The position numbers were made by a program, and so were the translations under genes. Below the pieces are notes generated by a model that did not search any database, was not told where the DNA came from, and saw only the letters and a program-made list of their open reading frames with translations. Shown here piece by piece: positions 9,596-17,194 of a stretch of DNA of 64,000 nucleotides (the first letter of the stretch is position 1; each line of letters starts with the position of its first letter). The stretch is from an uncultured Bacteroidota bacterium (GTDB taxonomy: Bacteria > Bacteroidota > Bacteroidia > Bacteroidales > CAIWKO01), in contig CALGYY010000098.1 in assembly GCA_937934705.1 (NCBI GenBank), positions 39,485 to 103,484 of the forward strand, given 5' to 3'.

Positions 9596-10252
9596 TTAAT
9601 ACCGGATCAGGTTACCGGAACTGAAGTGCCCCTTGATCATGTTCTCAAAGGTCAGCCGGGTACTTACTGTTCTGTCGCCCTCTGTTTTGGATTTGATGTT
9701 CTTTACGCTTTTCACCGCAGAGGGCAATTCAATAATGTTATTGTAGTAGATCACCGAGTAAAACATATCATTGAACCCGCTTGACTTCACATTCTTCATG
9801 GCCTTCTGAACAAAGGGTCCCAGGTCTTTCTTCCTGACCTTGTGCCGGGTGATCTTGTAAAGATCAGGGAATATCCCCTGCTTTTCTGCTCCCATCAAAA
9901 GATAAACCGCCTTGTTCAGGTTCGCGGAACGATCGAAACAGAAACGAATGATAAAAACACCATTCTTGTCATCAGAAGATGAAATAACATCACGGATGCC
10001 CTTCTGATCCTTCAGTATGTCCGGAGCCTCACGTACGGTTTTTCTGATCTTTTCAATCAGACTCACGTCGAAACCGGTATTCTGACTGTTGAGTGCCGAA
10101 GCCAGACTGCCCATGTCGAGCTTCAGCTCGATCTTTCCGGATCCGTCAGGATTCACCGTAACTTTCTCCGTGAGTTCAATGCAGGAAGAGAAGAACAGCA
10201 TAGCTGTCGACAGCACGATGATCCCCCTTCCGATCCTGGTGATTTTCCTCAT
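9596..10252 (-). CDS. Lipoprotein, unknown function
   Basis: 218-aa ORF; signal plus lipobox-like ..AMLFFSSC. Confidence 0.6.
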   Translation of the reverse strand: MRKITRIGRGIIVLSTAMLFFSSCIELTEKVTVNPDGSGKIELKLDMGSLASALNSQNTGFDVSLIEKIRKTVREAPDILKDQKGIRDVISSSDDKNGVFIIRFCFDRSANLNKAVYLLMGAEKQGIFPDLYKITRHKVRKKDLGPFVQKAMKNVKSSGFNDMFYSVIYYNNIIELPSAVKSVKNIKSKTEGDRTVSTRLTFENMIKGHFSSGNLIRY

Positions 10253-10270
10253 GTGTTAGTTTCAGTCCTG

Positions 10271-10278
10271 CAAATATA
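10271..10278 (-). promoter_or_regulatory. Candidate -7 promoter box (TATATTTG)
   Basis: Minus-strand TATATTTG lies 19-26 nt upstream of the ATG at 10252, just downstream of a terminator. Confidence 0.45.
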
Positions 10279-10366
10279 ATGGAAAGCAGCAGAATCAGGA
10301 CCCTTTCCACTTGTCCCCATGTAATCATGATTTATAACAGCGAATCCCCACCCGCTTCACTGAATC

Positions 10367-10397
10367 AAAAAAAAAGGGCCGCCATGGAGGCAGCCCC
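10367..10397 (-). terminator. Rho-independent terminator after the TonB-like gene
   Basis: Minus strand: GGGGCTGCC-TCCAT-GGCGGCCC stem-loop followed by a run of 9 T. Confidence 0.7.
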
Positions 10398-10433
10398 GTC
10401 ACTCTAACCAAAAAGCAACATGAAAACCAGCGT

Positions 10434-10772
10434 CTATAATATTTTGAAAACGAATTTCATCTGGTACATCTGGCCGCTTACAATTTCTGAGGACTGAAGC
10501 CTGAAGTTCCCCAGCCGCTCCCGGACGTAAGTTCCCAGTACTTCTTCACTGTAATTGATGTCGCTGATGTTGATCCTGCCATCCTCTTCTACGGAGAAAC
10601 TGATCAGCACGAATCCCTCAATCCCGGCCTTTACGGCGTATTCAGGGTAATTGATCTCTGCCCAGATCTGTTCGGTGAGTCCCGGCTCACGGTCAGGATA
10701 TGCAGGTGAGGCGAATGCACTTAAACTGATGAAGCTTAAAATGAGACCCGCTAAAACTATTTTTGATTTCAT
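10434..10772 (-). CDS. TonB C-terminal-domain-like secreted protein
   Basis: ORF 10434-10823; the ATG at 10772 gives MKSKIVLAGLILSFISLSAFA signal. YPEYAVKAGIEGFVLISFSVEEDGRI resembles the TonB_C fold signature. Confidence 0.6.
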   Translation of the reverse strand: MKSKIVLAGLILSFISLSAFASPAYPDREPGLTEQIWAEINYPEYAVKAGIEGFVLISFSVEEDGRINISDINYSEEVLGTYVRERLGNFRLQSSEIVSGQMYQMKFVFKIL

Positions 10773-11024
10773 AATGCAAATTTTTATTGGTTGATGTTCT
10801 CTTGTTGCCATTTCCCGTGCCAAACCTTATAATAAGATGAAAAACAACACGTTAAGTGGCAATTGCTTTGAAATTGTATTTGTATTTTCTGTCCGTTAAA
10901 AACACACTTTGTCCGCTATCGGACACCTCCGGATGGTGTTTATGTCATTTGACGGACCTCAAGCCCGAAATGTTACCGGGGGATGAAAAAATGTTACGGG
11001 AAATTTGTTTTCCTGTGATCGGAA

Positions 11025-11705
11025 TCAGCGTGAATACTCGCTTCCGGCAATGATGAGCACGATTTCCCCTTTTACGGTTTTGGTGCTGAAGTACGACAGG
11101 AGCGACTCCAGGCTGCCCCTTTGTATCTCCTCATGTATTTTGGAGATCTCCCTGACCACGGCCGCATTCCTCCCGGCACCCAAATGAGGAATGAGTTCGG
11201 TGAGGGTTTTGATCAGCCGGAAAGGGGATTCATAGAGGATCATGGTGCATTTCACTCCGGCGAGCTCTCTGATCCTGCTCTGCCGTCCTTTTTTATGGGG
11301 AAGGAAACCGGCAAAAAGGAATTGATCACTGGGTAAACCCGAAACGGCCAGAGCAGGGACAAAGGCCGTGGCTCCGGGTAAACAGGATACTTCAATTCCA
11401 GCTTCAGCACAGGCACGCACCAGCAGGAAACCGGGATCACTGATGCCCGGGGTTCCGGCGTCGGTGATCATGGCCACATGGTTTCCCTCCAGGATTTTTT
11501 CCACGATGCTGTTCACCCGCTGGTGCTCATTGTGGGCATGGAAAGAAAGAAGCGGTTTACGGATGTCGTAGTGTTTCAGCAGCACCCCGCTGGTGCGGGT
11601 GTCTTCGGCAATGATCAGGTCTGACTCCTTCAGAATACGGATGGCCCTGAGAGTCATATCCTCAAGATTTCCAACGGGAGTAGGGACCAGGGTCAGGGAA
11701 GACAT
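11025..11705 (-). CDS. rsmI: 16S rRNA (cytidine1402-2'-O)-methyltransferase
   Basis: LTLVPTPVGNLEDMTLRAIRILKESDLIIAEDTR..ITDAGTPGISDPG, typical RsmI length (226 aa). Confidence 0.9.
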   Translation of the reverse strand: MSSLTLVPTPVGNLEDMTLRAIRILKESDLIIAEDTRTSGVLLKHYDIRKPLLSFHAHNEHQRVNSIVEKILEGNHVAMITDAGTPGISDPGFLLVRACAEAGIEVSCLPGATAFVPALAVSGLPSDQFLFAGFLPHKKGRQSRIRELAGVKCTMILYESPFRLIKTLTELIPHLGAGRNAAVVREISKIHEEIQRGSLESLLSYFSTKTVKGEIVLIIAGSEYSR

Positions 11706-11792
11706 AGGGCGATTTTAGGGTAAAAGTAAAATTATTTTCCGGTCATCATCCTGATCACCCTTCAAAACATCCTTTCATCTTTTCTCCCTGAT

Positions 11793-12998
11793 TTAGGGAA
11801 CATAGAGCACGTAGCTGATTCCGAAGGCTTCGGTGTCGAGGTTGCGCAGGTCAATGGTGCGGGCTTCCGAATATGGTGACTGGAAAAGTGTCATGGTGAA
11901 GTTGGCATTTCCGGTCGACAGATTGCAAAGGGTATCTGTGGGCACACCGTCGATGCTCACCTCCAGGTGGGCCGAATGATCGGTGCTGATCTGATACACC
12001 AGGGCGCACTCTCTCCAGGTGCAGAGGATTTGAAGATGCGCATTCTTGCTCGCGGGCACCAGTCCCAAACGGCCGGCCTCCCGCTCCACGAAGTCCCAGC
12101 CTTCGTTGCTGGTACATACCGCACTTTGGGTGAGCTTTAGCACACCGGCGTTTTCGTAACGGTCAGTAAAATAATTCGGGGGCAATCCCGGCCATGTTTC
12201 AGAAGGATGGTAATAGCTGTAAGCGGTGCTTAGATAACGGTAAAGAAGCAGTGCTTTCAATAAGTGTCCCTGATCGTTGGGGTGGATATCATCCACATAA
12301 AGGTCTTCCCATTGTATCAGTCCGCTCTGAATAAAGGGCCTTATGGCAGCACCCATCGAGATGACCGGAAGTCCGTAGTAGCGGCCGAGCTGTTCATGTA
12401 CGGCCTGAATCACGGGATTTCCGTGACGGTATTCTGATAACAGGAGGATGACGGGCGTGCCCGTTTTCAGACATTTGCGCAGCAGTCCTTCCAGTGTTAA
12501 ACGCACCTGAAGCGCGTCTTCTTCCCTGTCGTTCACGGCAAATTCCACTACGATCAGGTCAGGCGCTTCCTTCAGCAGGTCGTCATCCACCCGGCAGCAG
12601 CCGAAATAGGTTCCGGTGGCGCCATAGCCCCTCACAACGGATGTAAACTGCAATCCGTCAAACGACTTGTTCATCAGCAAAGTCAACACTTCCGGATAGG
12701 ATTTGTCAGGCGTGCTGGCCATGGCTGAACCTGTGATGGATCCTCCGATGAAGCCCAGGCGGATGAGGCCCCCGTTCCTGAATTTCGAAAACAGATGCTG
12801 CATTCTTCTCTGATCCCCTTCGTATACCAGGGATGTATGCTGCATTCCGCTGCCCGGCAGCATAAGGCCGTCAACAAGCAGGCTGGTGTCCCAATCGTTT
12901 CGCAGGTATTCAGGCGGCGGGGAAAAAGGCTCGTCGGTGCGGCAGGCGGCGGTCCACAACAGAACCAGAAGTATACCTGCCCGTGTTAAATGCTTCAT
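11793..12998 (-). CDS. SGNH/GDSL-type hydrolase family protein, secreted
   Basis: ORF 11793-13034, likely ATG at 12998 (signal MKHLTRAGILLVLLWTAAC). GFIGGSITGS block I, DLIVVEFAVND, DDIHPNDQGH block V. Confidence 0.75.
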   Translation of the reverse strand: MKHLTRAGILLVLLWTAACRTDEPFSPPPEYLRNDWDTSLLVDGLMLPGSGMQHTSLVYEGDQRRMQHLFSKFRNGGLIRLGFIGGSITGSAMASTPDKSYPEVLTLLMNKSFDGLQFTSVVRGYGATGTYFGCCRVDDDLLKEAPDLIVVEFAVNDREEDALQVRLTLEGLLRKCLKTGTPVILLLSEYRHGNPVIQAVHEQLGRYYGLPVISMGAAIRPFIQSGLIQWEDLYVDDIHPNDQGHLLKALLLYRYLSTAYSYYHPSETWPGLPPNYFTDRYENAGVLKLTQSAVCTSNEGWDFVEREAGRLGLVPASKNAHLQILCTWRECALVYQISTDHSAHLEVSIDGVPTDTLCNLSTGNANFTMTLFQSPYSEARTIDLRNLDTEAFGISYVLYVP

Positions 12999-13085
12999 GA
13001 TATTTTTGTTTTTGTTTTCCGGACAAAAATACATGAATTCAAGACATATTAAAATGCGTTAATGTTGCATGTCTTCTGATCCGCT

Positions 13086-13805
13086 TCATGAGCGGCCGAG
13101 GAGATCCCTGATGACCACGGAGGCACAGTGACAGCCGAAGACAACGGGCATGTAGGAAATGGTACCGATCACCGATTTCTTATTCTGTTCGCCTTCCTGG
13201 TGCCGGATGGCGCTTTTGATCACAACTTCGGGGGAGAACACTGCTTTGACGCCGCTGACCACACCCAGCTTGCGCAATCGCTTGCGGATGTCGTAAGCGA
13301 AAGTGCACTGGTAGGTCTCCGAAAGATCCACCGCCCTGACCTGTGAAGGATCAAGCTTGGCGCCCGATCCCATGGAGCTGACCACCGGCAGTTGCCGTTG
13401 CACGCAATGCGCAATCAGCCAGATCTTGGGCGACAGGGTATCGATGGCGTCGACCACATAATCGTATTTCGCGGCATCGAGCAGGTTTTCAGTCTTTTCG
13501 TCTTTGATATACTCACTGAAGCGTATCAGACGGAGTGCGGGATTGATATCCATCAGTCTTTCGCCCACCACATCGGTTTTCAATCGTCCGAGGGTGGAAC
13601 AGAGGGCCGGCAGTTGCCGGTTACGGTTGCTGTCGGCCACGGTATCGGCATCGAGGAGGGTGAGGGTTCCGATGCCCGCCCGGCAGAGCATTTCCGCTGC
13701 AGCTGCGCCCACACCACCGAGGCCGGCCACCAGTATATGTGATTCCTCCAGACGGGATACACCATCAGGTCCAATGATCATTTCGGTACGTGAGCGCCAG
13801 GGCAT
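13086..13805 (-). CDS. tcdA: tRNA threonylcarbamoyladenosine dehydratase (ThiF/E1-like)
   Basis: VAGLGGVGAAAAEMLCRAGIGTLTLLDADTVADSNRNRQ Rossmann motif. The ORF track extends to 14018, but the first 71 codons are a translated 9-bp repeat; the ATG at 13805 gives a 239-aa protein. Confidence 0.8.
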   Translation of the reverse strand: MPWRSRTEMIIGPDGVSRLEESHILVAGLGGVGAAAAEMLCRAGIGTLTLLDADTVADSNRNRQLPALCSTLGRLKTDVVGERLMDINPALRLIRFSEYIKDEKTENLLDAAKYDYVVDAIDTLSPKIWLIAHCVQRQLPVVSSMGSGAKLDPSQVRAVDLSETYQCTFAYDIRKRLRKLGVVSGVKAVFSPEVVIKSAIRHQEGEQNKKSVIGTISYMPVVFGCHCASVVIRDLLGRS

Positions 13806-13823
13806 GGGGCAAAGGTAGGAAAA

Positions 13824-13976
13824 GGTGAACAAGGTGAACAAGGTGACGGAGGTGATGGAGGTGATGGAGGTGAACAAGGTGACGGAGGTGACGAAGGTGA
13901 CGAAGGTGAACAAGGTGAACAAGGTGAACAAGGTGAACGAGGTGACGGAGGTGAACGAGGTGACGGAGGTGATGGA
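13824..13976. repeat. Tandem array, 17 x 9 bp (GGTGAHSRA)
   Basis: Units counted directly: GGTGAACAA, GGTGACGGA, GGTGATGGA, GGTGACGAA and GGTGAACGA variants, uninterrupted. Confidence 0.95.
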
Positions 13977-14019
13977 GTGAAATGAATCAAGTACTTTTGT
14001 CAAAAACAAATAAATCACT

Positions 14020-14385
14020 ATGAAAAGTCACAAAGATCTTAATGCCTGGAAGGCTTCAATGTCGCTGGTTTCGGAGATTTATCGAATCACAGGGACATTC
14101 CCAAAACAAGAGTTATTTGGATTATCAAGCCAAATGCGTCGGGCTGCTGTTTCCATCCCTGCGAATATTGCGGAGGGTGCTGCCAGAAGAAGCACGCGTG
14201 AGTTCATTCAATTCCTTTATGTTGCACAGGGGAGTCTTTCTGAATTGGAGACTCAGTGTTTAATATCGGAAGACCTTGGCTATCTTTCGAAAGAAACAGA
14301 GAAGAAGATCGAATCTCAAATAATTCTGATTCGATTCCAGATTCTTGGACTCATTAAGGCGCTGAAAAACAAGTCTTTATACTGA
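14020..14385 (+). CDS. Four-helix-bundle protein (23S rRNA intervening-sequence protein / Avd-like family)
   Basis: 121 aa: KDLNAWKASMSLVSEIYRIT..FPKQELFGLSSQMRRAAVSIPANIAEGAAR..EFIQFLYVAQGSLSELETQ, characteristic of TIGR02436/PF05635. Confidence 0.85.
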   Translation: MKSHKDLNAWKASMSLVSEIYRITGTFPKQELFGLSSQMRRAAVSIPANIAEGAARRSTREFIQFLYVAQGSLSELETQCLISEDLGYLSKETEKKIESQIILIRFQILGLIKALKNKSLY

Positions 14386-14463
14386 AGACATAAACTATCT
14401 GCACGACACAGTTCAGTGAACACTTCCCCCGTTCACCCTGATAACCTTTGCCCCTCTCTTCCC

Positions 14464-14572
14464 TTGTTCACCCTCCGTCACCTCCGTCACCTCCGTCACC
14501 TTGTTCACCTCCGTCACCTCCGTCACCTTGTTCACCTCCGTCACCCTGTTCACCTCGTTCACCCTGTTCACC
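14464..14572. repeat. Tandem array, 12 units, reverse complement of the 13824-13976 repeat
   Basis: TTGTTCACC, TCCGTCACC, CTGTTCACC and TCGTTCACC units (one unit is 10 bp); inverted relative to the left array. Confidence 0.95.
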
Positions 14573-14640
14573 TTCCTTCCCGAAATTTTTCCCCTCCTCT
14601 TGCATTATTCCATTTTTTTTCTACTTTTGCCCCCTCATTC

Positions 14641-14713
14641 TGTCCCGTGGTGTAATTGGCAACACGTCTGACTCTGGATCAGAAGAGTCCAGGTTCGACC
14701 CCTGGCGGGACAA
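14641..14713 (+). tRNA. tRNA-Gln (anticodon CTG)
   Basis: Cloverleaf read by hand: acceptor TGTCCCG/CGGGACA, D arm GTGT..ACAC, anticodon arm TCTGA-CTCTGGA-TCAGA, T arm CCAGG-TTCGACC-CCTGG. Confidence 0.9.
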
Positions 14714-14761
14714 CAAGCAGTCAACAGTTAGCAGTCAGCAGTTAACAGTTGGCGAAAAGGA

Positions 14762-14798
14762 AAGGGCTTCAGGAGTTTTATGCTGGGCCCTTTTTTTT
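14762..14798 (+). terminator. Rho-independent terminator after tRNA-Gln (possibly bidirectional)
   Basis: AAGGGCTTCAG..CTGGGCCCTT stem followed by T8, preceded by an A-rich tract. Confidence 0.6.
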
Positions 14799-14876
14799 GC
14801 CGGAGAATGGCCAAACAAATTAAGGGTTTCGGGCATTGTTCAGCGTCTTCAGAGGTTACACGTGTAATCATCGACA

Positions 14877-16847
14877 CTAAATTACATGTATCCCAATCCT
14901 CTTCAAATACTCAAAAGTAGCATCATAATACTCTGGCCTCCTTGTCAAATCTTCAGGGTTTCCTTCCGGAATAACGATAATCATACCTTGTCTTGCCCTG
15001 GTCAGTAATACCCGGTATGCATTGATGAGATACTTGATCCTTTCAGCTTGTTTGATGTTGTTCCAATTAGTCCCCACGAAAGAATAAGGTCTCCATCCAC
15101 TTTCTGAATATCGCAAATCCCCATCCCAAATAAGACAGGTCCAATCGAGCTCCAGCCCCTGAATCTGAAATTCTGTAGCGACATCCTCCAGGAAGTAGGA
15201 AGACCGAATGTCTTCTTTGTCATTTAAGAACCAATGAACCGGATCTGTCGGTGTTTTGACATCAATGGCGAAAGGTTTAAGTCGGTAGGCCTGGGAAGAG
15301 ACCACCATTCCATATCGTTCGCTTCCCCTTGCTTTCTGTCGAAGCCAATGCTTAGCTTTTGCTAGGTCCCTCGTTAAAACAATCGGATATCGCTCACGAA
15401 TGCGAAACAAGGTTTCTCTCGCATTTTCTATGTCCATTTCCAAAAGATACTTAACGAAGAGGGATAAGTTTTCGGCTCTATATGAACGCATGGAAACAGA
15501 TAAATGCAGATCCGAATTTCGTTTTACAACAACCTTTTTTTCTAAGCGTCGGATGGTTTCTTCTGCTGCATATTCTTTATCAGAAAGATTAGGAGAAATA
15601 CAAACCTCCCAGTTATTAAAGGTGTTTTCAATTGCATTTAACCACTCTGATATTCCTGCTTCCCCGGTATTGATTTCCTGCCCGCCACCAACAAGGCAAA
15701 TAATGACAGCCCAATCGGGATGTCTGTCAAGACAGGATATTAAAAATTCCGGTTCCGAATAATGAAAGTCTGGAATGTTCTTTTTGCGCTTCATAAAATT
15801 CACCGTTTGCTCTTTATTCCATGCACGCTGAGCTTCATCAAATATGGCTACATGGTCATACGGCGCACTTTTGTCTCGCAGATACTCGTCCCTATAATGG
15901 TGAATGATTTGGATAAATGCTTTGATACTTTGTTTGGCCTTTGATTTTGCAGATTTCTTGCCCAGCTCAATATCTCGTGCTACCTTATCTCGAGCCAAGG
16001 CTTCATGCAATACAGCTACCAGAGGCCCATTGCCGGATAAATAAACACTAGCATTTCCTTTTTCCTTATCCAGGTGAGACGTAGCAACTTTTAAGCCTAC
16101 CAGCGTTTTTCCCGCACCGGGTACACCAGTGATAAAACAAATGACTTTCTTTTGCTGTGATTTCGCATACTCGATAATATTCGAAATTGCTGAAGTTGTT
16201 GCGGTGAGATTCTCCGCATCATTTCGGGTTATTTCATCAACACTATGCGAATGATACAAGGATACTGCAGCCTCGATGATTGTGGGTGTCGGCATATACG
16301 AACCATTCACGTAGGCCGTTCCGTCCAGGCTTTCCTTATGAATAACTTCATTAAGAACCGTTGCAATAGCAGCACCTAATGTTTGTGCATTCACTAATAT
16401 GGGACGCAGAAGGTTGTCGTTGTGCGAAGTAAATTCAATATCTGTTTTACAATAGCTTGCTTCAGTTGCCACTAAAATTGGGGCAAGCAGGGCGCGATGA
16501 CTTGGTTTGTGGAAATTTTTAAGATCTAGTGCATAATCCCAAACCTGATCAATGTTATAATTGAGATAATGATGCTCGCCGATTTTGAATTCAATAACAA
16601 AAACCACATTGTGAATGATAACCAATGCGTCAACACGCTTACCCATACGTGGGATGGAGAATTCAAAGAAAATTTCTCCTTTGAATGGTAATAATGCCGC
16701 TTTCAGAATGGGTATTTGCTCTTCCCATGCCCATTTTTGAAGGGCGACCGTGTCATAATTATTTCCAAAGTCGATCGATCCCAGGATCTCATTTTTGCTT
16801 GAGACAAGAAAGTTTTCAATCGAGGCTTTGTAATAATAATTCAGCAT
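14877..16847 (-). CDS. DUF2075-type (Schlafen-group-3-helicase-like) ATPase with N-terminal PD-(D/E)xK-like nuclease motif, copy B
   Basis: 656 aa: RVDALVII..VIEFKIGE (D..ExK), Walker A GVPGAGKT, Walker B AIFDEAQRA, C-terminal VLLTRARQGMIIV (SF1 motif-VI-like). Confidence 0.75.
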   Translation of the reverse strand: MLNYYYKASIENFLVSSKNEILGSIDFGNNYDTVALQKWAWEEQIPILKAALLPFKGEIFFEFSIPRMGKRVDALVIIHNVVFVIEFKIGEHHYLNYNIDQVWDYALDLKNFHKPSHRALLAPILVATEASYCKTDIEFTSHNDNLLRPILVNAQTLGAAIATVLNEVIHKESLDGTAYVNGSYMPTPTIIEAAVSLYHSHSVDEITRNDAENLTATTSAISNIIEYAKSQQKKVICFITGVPGAGKTLVGLKVATSHLDKEKGNASVYLSGNGPLVAVLHEALARDKVARDIELGKKSAKSKAKQSIKAFIQIIHHYRDEYLRDKSAPYDHVAIFDEAQRAWNKEQTVNFMKRKKNIPDFHYSEPEFLISCLDRHPDWAVIICLVGGGQEINTGEAGISEWLNAIENTFNNWEVCISPNLSDKEYAAEETIRRLEKKVVVKRNSDLHLSVSMRSYRAENLSLFVKYLLEMDIENARETLFRIRERYPIVLTRDLAKAKHWLRQKARGSERYGMVVSSQAYRLKPFAIDVKTPTDPVHWFLNDKEDIRSSYFLEDVATEFQIQGLELDWTCLIWDGDLRYSESGWRPYSFVGTNWNNIKQAERIKYLINAYRVLLTRARQGMIIVIPEGNPEDLTRRPEYYDATFEYLKRIGIHVI

Positions 16848-16861
16848 GAGATAGTCAAATA

Positions 16862-17194
16862 CTACTTTTCGTTGTATTTCTTATTGGAATTACGAAAGCC
16901 ATCAATAGGATATTTCCTTTCATTCTCAGCCACCTTTTCTTTGAGTGCCTTTGCAAGATCAATATGATAGTTTTCTGCCAGTAGAATCAAGGAGTAGAAT
17001 ACATCACCCAGTTCATTGGCAAGTTGCTTTTCATTTACTTGGGGATCCGTTTTCCAAAGAAATAATTCAAGAAGCTCGCCGGCTTCAACATTCAGACAAA
17101 TAGCCAGGTCTTTCCCTGTGTGAAATTGCTTCCAGTTCCGGTCATCTCTGAATTTCAAGACAATTTTAGTCAAATCCTCTAGGCTGTTATCCAT
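16862..17194 (-). CDS. MazG-like (all-alpha, DCTPP1/YpjD-type) nucleotide pyrophosphohydrolase, copy B
   Basis: ORF 16862-17311; the ATG at 17194 aligns with the paralogue start. MDNSLEDLTKIVLKFRDDRNWKQFH..NVEAGELLELFLWK..ELGDV. Overlaps the HNH gene stop by 8 nt. Confidence 0.8.
   Translation of the reverse strand: MDNSLEDLTKIVLKFRDDRNWKQFHTGKDLAICLNVEAGELLELFLWKTDPQVNEKQLANELGDVFYSLILLAENYHIDLAKALKEKVAENERKYPIDGFRNSNKKYNEK

Noticed and set aside
13794-13985. Collagen-like Gly-X-Y reading (GEQGEQGDGGDGG...) of the 9-bp array on the plus strand
   Set aside because: The frame is open for only ~64 codons between a TGA at 13791 and a TGA at 13983. It contains no ATG, GTG or TTG start before the repeats, so it is probably not a gene.
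13806-14018. N-terminal 71 codons of the 310-aa tcdA ORF (SVTSFTSVTSFTLFTLF...)
   Set aside because: This is simply the 9-bp tandem array read in frame. The ThiF-like protein begins sensibly at the ATG at 13805.
13824-14572. CRISPR array interpretation of the short repeats (and likewise of the 77-bp units at 56683-56836)
   Set aside because: The 9-bp units are contiguous with no spacers. The 77-bp units are tRNA-derived, with only two copies and no unique spacers. No cas genes are present in the window.
14416-14867. Pro/Ser-rich and His/Leu/Arg-rich plus-strand ORFs (79 aa and 139 aa)
   Set aside because: They are translations of the inverted 9-bp array, and they run straight through tRNA-Gln and its terminator.
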